In this document: piece after piece, positions 36,892 to 48,558 of the stretch
How positions within the stretch are numbered: position 1 is the stretch's first letter
How the letters are laid out: each line of letters begins with the position of its first letter
Notes under the pieces: generated by a model
The model's database searches: none
Seen by the model: the letters and a program-made list of their open reading frames with translations, nothing else
Told to the model about the DNA's origin: nothing
Position numbers and translations under genes: made by a program
NCBI GenBank assembly: GCA_026025075.1
Contig: JAPEUI010000105.1
Coordinates: 1 to 53,248, forward strand
Direction: 5' to 3'
DNA: 53,248 nucleotides
DNA from: Vezdaea acicularis
Taxonomy: Eukaryota

Positions 36892-38208
36892 TCAGGTCTC
36901 TGAATATCCCTGGAGGACGCCTAGGGAAGCCTCTGGTGGCTCCCAGACAAGCCCGTCGTGGCTGCCACAGCAGCTTTGGCTAACATAGGTAGCGTTGCAT
37001 GGACATGCCATAGCACCTCGCTTTTTAAGCCCACTAGCAACTCCAATGCTAAGACCGAACGCTGCGCTCCCGCCTACACGCCCGCATTTCGAGGTCCAGC
37101 TGCTCCTGTCAGTCGAAACCATCTGCGTTGCTCCACAAATGCATGAACGTCCTCTCTTCGAACAATCAGAATTCCTCGTGCACGTCCTTCCTTCCTGGCA
37201 CACCTTACAACTTTGTGTTGGTCTCTTTCTCCCTTTCTTAGGCCTTACTAGGATGTCTGCGCTACAAGCCGCTGCCCAATTGTCTCCACTATTGCTGAAC
37301 CTACCCCGCGGACTAACTGCCCCCGGCGCAAGTGTAACTTGCGTATTTCCCAGGCGAACCATAACCCCCAACATGCTCGCATTGACATCCACGTCCTCCC
37401 CATCCTTCTCCCGGACATTGACCCAGCCGTCTTGGTCCGCGATCTTCCGAGCTCCGTGCCTTCGCTCACACTCGCAGTAACGCATGCAGGTTGCTAACAA
37501 CGCCTGGCCCATGCTCGGCGGTATTGTGTCCCACAGACGCTCGTCCGCAAGTTCTTCTTTGAAGAGCACAATCTGATCATTCCCAACTTCTTGGCAGTAA
37601 CCGCCCATCCCCCCCCGACCGGCGGGTGGTGCAGGAGTGACTTTCCATCCGGAGCCGCGGTGAAAGGCGCACAGGTTGGTCAAATGTCCAGAAAAGGGAT
37701 CGGGGAATGTGGCGAAGGGCGGTGGAAAGGCGTAGTCCCAATCAGGGACGGGGCCAGAGTCGCAGTCGATTCGTAAGCTCGGTGACCAGTCTGGCGGCCA
37801 TGTTGGGAGGCCGGGGGGAGGCGGAAGGAAGTCAGATTCACCGGGCTGGGGAACCAGCCAGTCGCTGATATCAGGCTGGTGCAAAAGCTGTAAGCCGGGG
37901 TGGTTGACAGGATATATGATAGGTATGCTTGCAGAGCCACTTGCCCCACTTCCTCCGCTCCCACCGCTGGTACCACTGCTTCCACTTATCTGAATAGGTC
38001 CACTGCCAAAATAAGAGTTGTGAACGGAATAAACGAAGGGACCGAGATCTTGGTCATCACTTGTGGTGCTGCTGGTATCATCCTCGTCGTCGAAGAGAGG
38101 GTCATATGCTAGATCCTCAGGATCGAGATGGGGAAGGGTGGAGGTGAGGCGAAAGAAGATAGTGAAGAGGGTGAGGAGAGACACTTCGAACGAAGGAGAA
38201 ACACGCAT
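36892..38208 (-). CDS. Secreted multi-module Cys-rich protein B, 438 aa, paralog of A
   Basis: Intronless ORF; signal peptide MRVSPSFEVSLLTLFTIFFRLTST; LCA..MGGYC..CMRYCEC module; C-terminal KKR..CPCNATYVSQSCCGSHDGLVWE. Confidence 0.85.
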   Translation of the reverse strand: MRVSPSFEVSLLTLFTIFFRLTSTLPHLDPEDLAYDPLFDDEDDTSSTTSDDQDLGPFVYSVHNSYFGSGPIQISGSSGTSGGSGGSGASGSASIPIIYPVNHPGLQLLHQPDISDWLVPQPGESDFLPPPPGLPTWPPDWSPSLRIDCDSGPVPDWDYAFPPPFATFPDPFSGHLTNLCAFHRGSGWKVTPAPPAGRGGMGGYCQEVGNDQIVLFKEELADERLWDTIPPSMGQALLATCMRYCECERRHGARKIADQDGWVNVREKDGEDVDVNASMLGVMVRLGNTQVTLAPGAVSPRGRFSNSGDNWAAACSADILVRPKKGRKRPTQSCKVCQEGRTCTRNSDCSKRGRSCICGATQMVSTDRSSWTSKCGRVGGSAAFGLSIGVASGLKKRGAMACPCNATYVSQSCCGSHDGLVWEPPEASLGVLQGYSET

Positions 38209-39063
38209 CGTGCAAGTGCAAGCTCAGAAAGGATTGTGATACGGTAAGGAACGATGGATGTAAATGCAAAGACTGAACAGAGCAGCAAAGGCGCCCAAGA
38301 ATGCAACAGAAATAGTGGTGTCTAAAGGGGAACCAGAAACCACCAGATGCAACACGTCACGATTGCTCGTTAGGACACCAGCTTTGGACATAGTTGAATG
38401 AAAGTCAGCGTGTGAGGTGCACGTTCGTATTGTGCAGTTGGTATCACGTATATAAGTACGGCTCAGCTGTGAGCTTATCTTCTCCCTCGCATGAAAGGGT
38501 GCTTGGATAGAAACGATGAGGCTGCTATCGTCCCGCTTAGTACTTCATCGTATCATGCCCGTTTGGAGAAACTGTGCAGCTTCGGAGAAATATACCTCAC
38601 TGCTCTTCCGCAGTCTCAAGCTGTCTTATATCGGGCCGGCTTGAGAGAGTCGGTGTCGAGTGATCGCCCGCAGGTTTCGGATCCCTGCACGGACACTCAA
38701 TTTCGAAACCTGGGGTTTAGCGCGTTGCAGCCTCGGCCTAGATGCGACGAAGGCCCTCTAGCAAATCTGGAATGAAACTCTAGATTACGACGAACGCTTG
38801 GTGAGTAGAGCGCATACGCGTAAATAAGAGGTCTTATTTCGCACATGACCTCCGCGATTAGGAGAAAACTATTGGTTTTGTCGTACACATTCAAAAACAC
38901 CAATCGCCTCCGACCCACTGCCAGACCTTCGACCCAACTCTGAAATGCCAGTTGTGCCGGTGACATGCAAATTCCCTTTCATGGGCCTCTGTCGGCGCAC
39001 GGCCACATCCTGCAGAGCATGCCCAAATGCTGTATTCTTCACCGTAGGTAGGAGCGCACGGCC

Positions 39064-40778
39064 TCAATCCTTCCAGTCCCATACTTGCTTCAAGAAGCTT
39101 TCCATTGATACCTGAATTGAGAGATGAGCATGTGATTGAATTAAAGACACGGCACATCATTGGGGAAGCGGACGAACCTTCTTCTGCTTCATCTCTTCCA
39201 TCCACGGATGCTCCAGCATCCGCCATGGTGTTGCTCGACGTTTCCCTTCCTTTTCCAAGCTAGCGAGCTTAGTTAGCAGAGTCGCAGAGGCTTCAACTAT
39301 AATCTTTGTGGCTCACCAGCATTCGATAAAGTACTTGAAGCTATCACTCCACTTTATGCCGGCTTCTGGTTCATCTTTCAGCTTTGGAATTGGTTGCCGT
39401 ACAATGTAAGTTAAAAGATCAATAAGGCCTGCCCTCGGCTGCATTTCCGATCCGTCTGCAGGAAACGGGAATCTGTGTTGAGCCACCTCGAGGAGGGTGA
39501 CGCCGAGTGACCACACGTCAGATGTGATGGTATATGATTGGCCCGTAATACGCTCGGGCGCCATATAGTACGAAGTGCCGATGAAGGTGTTTGCGTCGCC
39601 CTTCGTTCCGAACTCACCTGAGACACCAAAATCACAAAGCTTCACCTGCCCGTCGCGGCAAAGAAGAATGTTAGATGGTTTGATATCTGCCGTAGGTTAG
39701 CTCGGCTACACAGATACTACGTGCTGAAAAGACTAAAGGCCTTACCTCGGTGGATGATCTTCTGGCCGTGAAGATATGTTAGGCCATTCAAAACCCCCTC
39801 AGCAACTTTCCCCAAGACCTTTTCTCCTGTCCGGCCACCTAGTTTCTTTACCTCTCGGTAAACGCTGTCCAGGCTGCCACCCTCACAAAACTCCATAGCA
39901 ATTGATATGGTTCCCGTGCCATGGTCGACAAATGCTCCGTAATAAGTGCAAATGTACGCCGATTTACACTCTTTGTTGAAACTGAGCTCGCGTACAATCT
40001 GCTTCTTGACGTCTGGATTCGGATCGGTAGTGATTATCTGAAATATTAGTCAGCAACTAGAACGTTCTGGAATTCTCCGAATAACACATACTTTGAGGGC
40101 AAAGACGGTCTTGCCTTCTTTCAATTTACACCTCGTCACAGCACCACCGGCGCCCTCACCTAAGCTTCCAAGCTCAACTATCTGACCTTGCTCACTAGCT
40201 GCTCGCCAGCCATCTGTATCTAGATCCTCAACGTCGAGAGCCCGCCCCTTCTCCAGACTCAATTTGGAAAAATCTGGTAGCCCATTTATACTATTCTCTC
40301 TTTCCATACCCACGCCACCTTCGGAACCAAGTGAAGGGTTTGCCGACGACGGACCAGCCGCCCGCGGATTGCGTGGATCAATGGCGAATGATAGGTCATT
40401 GAGTTGCGAATGTGCGGATGTTTCTCCGCTACTCCGGCCATCAAGGGCCGAGAAACTCCCCATTCTTGAGCTATCGCCATTTATGCCGTTCTGTCGAGGT
40501 ATCCCTATCTGTAGTGGGGGTCGGCCACTTTGTATTTGGCCTTCTTGAGGTGTAGCGCTAGTGCCCATGGGCGTTGCTAATCTTAGTTGTGGGGGAGGAG
40601 CCCTAGCATTTGCAGACTGAGCTGTTTGAATAGATAGGCTTGGTGTAGAGTTAGAGCCGACAGGTTTGACATTGGCTGAGGGAGGTATGGCTAGGCCAAG
40701 CTTGGGAGCTTTCGTGCCACTGTTGCTCCGACCGCCAGGCACCGGAGGCCTCAGCAAAGGAGCTGAGGCGGACATCAT
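39064..40778 (-). CDS. MKK1: Cell-wall-integrity MAP kinase kinase (Mkk1/Mkk2/Pek1), 492 aa
   Basis: Exons 40778-40092, 40037-39746, 39686-39317, 39259-39178, 39111-39064. Motifs [66 protein letters not shown]. Confidence 0.96.
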
Positions 40779-41130
40779 GTGTGTGAAGAAAAGACGATAC
40801 GGCCTTAAAGAGGGGCTACAATGCTAGCTGAGCAGCTGGTGGACAGCTCCGACTCGTGCGCCCAAGGCCTGATGGATAAAATAGTATAGTCTTAAGGAGA
40901 TGAAGAGGTATTCAGTGTGCTATTTCCAGCCTGATGCTGTTAGACGGGTTGAAGAAAGCGGTAATGATGCTGTCGTGATTCCAAAGCTCGTAAGGTCGCG
41001 GTGCGGTTAGTCGAGCTGGCTGCAGGCCCGTCTCAGGACCCCAACTGCTTCAGGCCGATGCTGCCGTGGCGTGGTGTGCGAAACAGCAGAGCGACAGCCT
41101 TTTCGGCGCTTACACCAGCTAAAAATACTA

Positions 41131-41137
41131 CACGTGA
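41131..41137. promoter_or_regulatory. CACGTGA E-box (Cbf1-type) in the MKK1/DBP8 divergent promoter
   Basis: Exact motif about 110 bp upstream of the DBP8 ATG. Function is inferred. Confidence 0.35.
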
Positions 41138-41246
41138 TTCGCAGAGCGCACGTCTCCGTGTTTCAAGTTCCCTCCCACCAAAACTTTCTAAACCTGTCAT
41201 GATTCACGGCTCCAATTTTTAGAGCTGTTGGCTATACGTCATTTGC

Positions 41247-42919
41247 ATGGCTCCACGGCTTTCAATGGTCCTAGAGGATGGGAGAATTCCGGGCCTTGGT
41301 CTAAATTCTCGAGGATCGTCAGTGACGTCTCCGAGCATCGGAAGTTCAAGTAGTGAATATGAAGCGGAGCTAAGCTATGTCGGACCGCGCAAGCGAAGAC
41401 GAACTATCTCAGAGGGCTCGAACCCTCAATTTGAAGAGGATGAGGCTCTGATAGCTGCTGCCTTTACGCAGCCCATATCTCGAGTGAGAACAAAGAAGAG
41501 CGAGCCGAGGACAGAACTTCCTGACGCCTATAGCAGCGTTTCAAGAGTCAAGAGCGCCAGCTTTGATGCTCTCGGACTCCAGCCATGGCTAAGCGCGGCT
41601 TTGAAGGCTATGGCAATCACCAGGCCTACCGGAATTCAAGCGGGATGTATACCAAAAATTTTAGAAGGCAGAGATTGCATAGGAGGCAGCAGAACGGGGT
41701 CCGGCAAGACCGTGGCGTTTGCTGTTCCAATACTACAGAAATGGGCTGAAGATCCCATTGGAATCTTTGCGCTAGTCTTAACACCTACAAGGTAAGTTGT
41801 GAGAGAGATATTACTGGTATTGAATTAAAGGGCACTAAAAGGCCGTATAGAGAGCTCGCGCTCCAAATATTCGAACAATTTAAGGCCCTCTCTGCCCCGC
41901 AGTCCCTGAAAGCGCTCCTGGTAACAGGCGGGGCCGACCAACGGCTCCAAGCTATCTCCCTCTCTCAGCGACCGCATATCGTAATAGCGACCCCTGGACG
42001 GCTCGCCGAGCACATTCGTACGTCTGGAGCCGACACGACCGTTGGCTTGCGCCGCGTTCGTATGGTCGTTCTCGACGAAGCAGACCGCCTCCTCGATAGC
42101 TCACGTAGCGAGGGCAGCATGCTTCCCGATGTGTCGACCTGCCTATCCATTCTCCCACCAGCTGCTGAAAGGCAGACACTTCTTTTCACGGCGACCGTTA
42201 CGTCTGAAGTCCGCGCGCTGAAGAGCCTCCCGCGCTCTCCTTCTAAACCACCCCTGTTCATCTGTGAAGTCGACACTGCTGTCCTGGCCATTCCCACCTC
42301 CCTCACCCAATTATACCTGCAAGCACCAGTAACCCACCGCGATGCCTACCTACACACCCTTCTCCTTACTCCCTTGAACATGCCCAAATCGACGGTCATA
42401 TTCTGCAACCGCACTGCAACCGCAGAGCTACTTCATCACCTCCTTCGCCTGCTCGACCATCGCGTCACTGCGTTGCACTCGAAGCTGCCACATAATCAGC
42501 GTGTCAGTAATTTGGCGCGCTTCCGCGCCTCTGCGGCCCGGATACTAGTTGCCACTGATGTAGCGGCCCGTGGTCTTGATATCCCCCAGGTCGGGCTTGT
42601 GGTGAACTACGACGTCCCGCGGGATCCAGACGACTATATACACCGCGTGGGACGTACGGCTCGAGCAGGACAAGCAGGCACGAGCGTGACATTCGTGGGG
42701 CAACGGGATGTAAAGCTGGTGCTCGCAATTGAGGAGAGGGTTGGTAGGAAGATGGGGGAGTATAGCGAGGAGGGGGTAAATATCGAGACGAGGGTTGTCA
42801 AGGAGAATCTCAGGCTTGTTGGAACGAAGAGGAGAGAGGCACTGCTGGAGATTGAGGAGGATAGAGAGGTCGGTGGAGGCGCGCGAAGGAGGGGCTTAAA
42901 GCGATTAAAAGGGGTTTAA
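41247..42919 (+). CDS. DBP8: DEAD-box RNA helicase Dbp8 (40S biogenesis), 537 aa
   Basis: Exons 41247-41791 and 41851-42919. Motifs [36 protein letters not shown], Dbp8-type [21 protein letters not shown]. Confidence 0.95.
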
Positions 42920-43036
42920 CGCAAAGCATCTAGAGTGAGGGAAGTATGTATAGTACATTATCCTTGGCCCTTCAATTCGGACCTGACAACTCCATGTCTC
43001 CTCCATGTCTCCTCCGTGTCCTGACCGTTTCAACTT

Positions 43037-46000
43037 TCAACGCAACTTTCCGCACTGACATGCACACTCGGGAACCGCACATACAGTATGACGCCGAAAC
43101 CATTCATTCGCACACACACCATGGAAACCATGTGCACAGCTCGCGCACCACGTTACAAAACCTCTATCCTCATTTTTCTTGCTCGCCTCCCTTACGCCTC
43201 CAAGATTACCAGTATACGGCGTGCCCAATGGCTGGCTGCAGATGACGCATCGAGGTAGCGTGGCAGCGCATTTAGGACAAGCATACGGCTGAGTCTTGAC
43301 GCGCGAGGAATTGGGCATCGGAGGCGGTGGAGGATTCGGAGGGGAGGAGATGGATAGAGTAGAAGCATTGGAAGCGAGAGACGCAGATGTAGTCGTGGTC
43401 GTAGCGTTACTCTCAACTGAGGTCCCTGGCGTAGGGGCAACTGATGCGGAAGGTGCGATGGCTCTTATCGTTGTACTAGGCGAAGAGAAGTCTTGCGCAA
43501 GGGGATACTCGCAGTTGTTGCAACGCAGGCTAATCTGTCGCGGAGGCGGAGTTGGCAGTATCCCCGCAGCAAGTATTGCCTCGTAATTGGGCGATAGACG
43601 TGCGAGATGACCGGCTTTCACGTCGAAGTCGCATCGCTTGAGATGAAGACCCCATCTGCTCATGGCATGTCGGTAGGATGTTCGCCACTGCGTATACCGT
43701 CTGTCGTCAAGGTAAGGTGCAGCAAAGCTGAGTGCCAGCACAGCGGTCTGCATGTCTCCGGTGGCAGTGATATATCTCTGAAAGAGAGGCACAGCTTGCC
43801 AGCCGAGACCAGTAAGAGCGATCGCAGAGATATCGCCCTGCTTGACGGCTCTGCTAGTGAAAGTTTCGATGATGGTCGAGAGTTGGGAGTCAGGCAGGCA
43901 GCGAAGAGCGCAGAGAAGGCGATCGCACATTGGCAAACCCGTGTCGTTCACAAAGGCAAGCCACGAACCTTCGCTCACATAGGCAAGTAGCGCTCGAGAC
44001 CAGACGTCAGGTGCTGTAAGTCGAGCGTCCCTACATACTTGCTGGAATTGGGGAGGTAGAGAACTGCCGATTGAAGTCGCAGCGATCGCCATGGATAGAA
44101 GCTTCTGGTCAGGCGTTCCAGCGCTGATTGCTGCCATCGCTCTTGGAGCGTCGCCGAATATCAACGCCCATGCTGCAGAGCGAGAGTGCATATCGTGAGC
44201 TTCGTGTTCTCTCAAGGAATCCTCGAGAGCGGAAGGGTTGAGGCCCGTGCTATTGAGCGAGAGGCACAGGCGGCGGTGCTCCGGATAAGAAGTGGCGACT
44301 CCACTATATGGCTCGAGTTTTAAAGAGTTATTGAAAGTAGTGAGGGAATCATAGAACTCGGATCTCGTGGGGGGCTGGTCAACTTGTGATGTGAGCCGTG
44401 CTGCGTAATTGGGGCCTAAATAGTAATTAAAACCTATATCGTCAAATAAAACAAAAGGGAGCGTTGGGAGGGCTACCGATATCGCTGTTCCAGATGGCAT
44501 GTATTCCAAGATAACTGATGTTCAGCCTTCCCATTGTCATCGCCTTATGTTTTGTCGCATTGCTCATATCTAGCGATACTGTTAGTAGCAAGCCCTACAC
44601 CTTTCTGGAGTACATTTTTTACCATTGATCCACTGCCATAAAGCTCTCAGCCAGCCATTTCCAAATAGGATGTACTCAATATTCGAGCGCGAATCTAAGC
44701 CGTAACCCTTCTCGCACCGAAGACGATCCACAGAGGAGTATAGCAGCCACTCTTTGGTCGAGACTACACAATCCGAAGGCCCATTGTCATATATCTTCAT
44801 GTGTTCTAGATGGCCGTACGTACGAATAATTCTTCGTTTTGATTGAGGCTTTTCTGAGCTGTTCGCTTTTTCATAGGCATCCCGAGACTCTCGAGCTCGT
44901 TGTTGAATGGCTCTTAGTTTCTTAGCAACGTCTGGCCAAGCTCTTTCGTCGTAGGTGACAGCCTTGAAGTCTTGCTGATATTTCTGAGCCCCTGGAACCG
45001 CCCCGAAAGCAACAGATCCTCGATGTAGAAATTCTTCGCTCTCCATACCACCAATTATAAGCTGTCTTTTTGGGGTTACTCCGAAGTCCGGAGGCGGAAA
45101 ACGAAGCTTGATAACTTTAATATTTCCACTAGCACTGCCTGCGATGATCTGGTGGTCGTCGTTAGGCGCTCCAGTCGACATGAAGTCAAAGGTAAGAAGA
45201 CGCTTCCTCTCCTCGCAGCCGCGGTAAGGATGATGATAAGCATGCTCTAGATCGTTGCTCCATTTGGTACGCAATCCGTGCTGGAGCTCACCAACGACAT
45301 CATCTTGCTCAAATATTGGTATTGAGTAGTCTAGATCTTGTGATGCATTATCCTTCGCTGTTTGAACAATCTTGAGCTGGCCGTTGTTCGACAGGACTCC
45401 AAAACACCCGCGCTTAGTTTTACTATATCGTACACTCCATATGATTGGGTGGGCCGCAGAGCTTGTACGATCAAGGCAGTCTGAGTATACTAGCACTGCA
45501 CCAGTTTGACGAGGGTCTGGTTCGGCTTGTGGCGCAATATGACTCGCAGACATGCGCACTGTGTAACGACGATCCCAGATACATACAGTCGGTAAATCAG
45601 TTGGCCCGCTAGCTGATGCAAAGTAATTTTCGTCCTTCGTATCAATTGATATATTTGAGACTTTCCAGGTCTGAAATTGGACAGCAGGAGTGCCGGAAGC
45701 TTCTACGTGGCAAAGGCTAGTTTAGCGCTTTTTTGTTCGGAGAAGTATGGGGGTGACATACCCCTTAAGTCGTATATTCTCACGCCCCTTTCCTTGACAC
45801 CAGTGACGAGAGTCTCGGGCTGCTCCTGAAAGAATCGAATACTGGACACGGTCTCTCCATTTATCAGCTTGCGTATGGGCTCGGAAGCAGGCCTTGCTGT
45901 AGCCAAGCCTTTCGAGCTTCTATTCCACGTCGAGAGACGTTGATTAAGATCCCAGATATTTAGACAGAAATCATGGCGGATTCGGTCTAAACCTGCGGCA

Positions 46001-46332
46001 AGACGGTTCTGCTTACTGAGAGCAACAGCATTACAGCTGCGCTGAGCTCTAATTGAAAAGCTTAGATAATCACTCGATCCATCGTCAATACGATGAACAG
46101 TTGTTTCACCAGACGGAAGTCCAAGAGCAACGAGACCTTCATCGACTGGCGACCAATCAAATGCCCGGATTTCGGGAACCTTTGAAACTTTGAAGATCTG
46201 CTTATACTTGAACTCTTGACCACATGACGATTCGACCTCGTAAGTCTTGAGGTTGTTGGCCAATCGATCTATTATGAGAAAACGAGGGCTAATCCCCGTA
46301 GAATGAGGCGACCATCTTATGACGGAGTCCAT
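43037..46332 (-). CDS. SEA4: SEACAT/GATOR2 subunit Sea4 (MIOS ortholog): WD40, solenoid and C-terminal Zn/RING, 1040 aa
   Basis: Exons 46332-45762, 45702-44623, 44569-44477, 44415-43037. Motifs IRWSP, QRSCNAVA, AAGLDRIRHDFCLNIWD, ALTGL, CPKCAATLPRCVIC, WCASCAHGFHGVCANEWFRRHTVCAVPECACQC. Confidence 0.93.
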
Positions 46333-46664
46333 CAGTGCTATAAGATCTATTCAGTTTGCCTTCAAGATTTGAAAGGAGAGAAAAGGTATAATTAAAAGAG
46401 ACCAAAACTTCGACGAAGTTCATCAATCAATTCAAAGCGGAGTTGAAGTATATATAACATAAACTAGCGAGGGCTACCTACCCTGCAAATGCAGGTCTTA
46501 AATGGAACTACAAGTCAGTAAAACTTCATCTTTCTCTTAACATGCGTGAGAACAGTTTCGGCCGTTGATAAACTGGAGGGTTGTAAAAATCGGGTAAGGC
46601 TCGATGTAGAGGTCCTCGCTAATCTTGAATTTCACAAGTGGACGTTTTCTGAAGTTAAGGATTC

Positions 46665-46671
46665 TCACGTG
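46665..46671. promoter_or_regulatory. TCACGTG E-box (Cbf1-type) in the SEA4/EFG1 divergent promoter
   Basis: Exact motif just upstream of EFG1. Function is inferred. Confidence 0.35.
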
Positions 46672-46709
46672 GCACCAACTGTTCTCATCCAACTGACCTT
46701 CTTTGCGCA

Positions 46710-47649
46710 ATGGGCGAAAGAAGGCTTAAAAGGGTGAATCACATGCTTCTAGAAAGGCCGAAGAAAGCGGCTATGACATTTGTACCTCGGACAGGCAAAA
46801 TACCAGCAAGAACGAGCGAGCTGGCGGGAATGCACCCTTCACGAAGACCTAATATTAAAGATCCAAACGCTAGACAACGAATCTACGCAAGAGTAAAGGC
46901 GCGGCATGCTGGATCTGTGAATGCTATCAAGACAAAGATTAGGGACATTAGGCGGCAGCTTGAGCGAGTAGATAATCTACCAGCGGATGTTCGAGTCCAA
47001 AATGAACGTAGCTTAGCATTTTATCAGAAAGGACTCGCGGTCGCAGAGGTGGAGAAGAGGCGGCATAAGATGATCAAGAAGTATCATATGGTTCGTTTCT
47101 TTGGTATGTGTTACTCTTGGGACATACTCGATTCTTGGTTGGTGGTGTTTTACGATGGTTTTGCTCACTCTTTTGAGCATAGAGAGACAGAAGGCCACTC
47201 GCACCCTCAAGAAACTCCGCAAGCTTTTAGCATCTGCATCTACGTCTGAAGAGACTGTTCGTTTACAAGAAAAGGTTCACGAGGCAGAAGTGGATCTCAA
47301 CTATGCGATATACTATCCACTAGACCAGAAGTACATTGGTCTTTATCCCAGAAAGGCAGAGGTTGAGCAAAACACATACGCGCTTAATGATGAAAAGGGT
47401 GAAGATACTGTGAAGCCGCCTTTGTGGACTGAAGTGGAAAAGCGCATGGAGACGGGCAAGCTAGACGAACTTCGAATGAGTAGCAGCATGCCCGAAGAAG
47501 ACGAAAGCGATTCAGATGCTGCTATTGAGAACGGAATGAAGAAAGATGCAATAACGACCAATAATGTGATAAAGTCTACGATTAGCTCAAGTAAAGAAGT
47601 AAAGGGGACTGAGGATGGTGATAGCGATGGTGGTTTCTTTGAAGAATAA
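46710..47649 (+). CDS. EFG1: rRNA-processing protein Efg1 (18S maturation; not the APSES factor), about 286 aa; start codon uncertain
   Basis: Exons 46710-47103 and 47183-47649. Motifs SVNAIKTKIRDIRRQL, LPADVRVQNER, MIKKYHMVRFFERQKATR, EVDLNYAIYYPLDQKYIGLYP, C-terminal SDGGFFEE. Confidence 0.93.
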
Positions 47650-48558
47650 ACAATCAGGGCTAGTTGTTCGATGTTCTCCATTGCATGGTGTTCGAAGGTC
47701 ATCAAATCATAGACAGCGAAGCTTATGATACCCTCTGGCGTTGCTAAGATTTCTCCCGCGAAGACGTGGGTGAAATAAGGGAATAGTCCAATGTCTGATT
47801 GTATGGGGAAGCAGAATAAAGCTATCAAGTGCTCATAGTTAGGTGTTAGATAAACTTTGCCTTCCTGACTACATTTGCTTATAGTTCATCCTCGGCATTG
47901 CCTTTTGATTACCGATTGGCCAAACGAGATATGCACGAGGGCGGTCGGCAAGCAAGCTGCATGGCTAGGGACGTCACACGACGAGAGAGTAATCGCTTCG
48001 GGCATCATGCATCATCTCGAGATACAGCTGGTTTCCAAATATCCATGACGAAGGCGCTTTCTGATATTCACGCAACGCCACATTAAATATAAAATAAATC
48101 CTGTAAATTGAAGTTCTTGACATCCGTATAGGTTGATATTAATTGCTTATCCATGAAGCCTGTGCTGTCGTTCTTATACGCCATCTCGTTATTAGCTCGG
48201 CTCTTCCCTTGCCAAATTGAGCCGAGTAAGCTCCAACGCACGCCGCAGCGACTTAGTATAACCGCCCGCAATCCTCCCTCCCCCGCCACCTTCTGGTCTG
48301 TGGGACCTGTCTTCCTAGCTGAAGCATTGCTTTTGAATGCTCGTTCATCATGTCTATAAGCCCATATAGCTAGGTGGGCGTTGTTGCGATAGCTTTCAAG
48401 CTTAAGATTAGCCTTTGCGAAAGGCGGGGGGTCGGTTGTCGAGCTAATTGGCACGACAACGAAGGACCTCTTTCTCTTCAATTGCAGTTTAAACCTACTC
48501 TATATATGTAAATAGCTTGGAAGGTGTATATATATTTGGATAAGCTTCCCTCGCGAAG

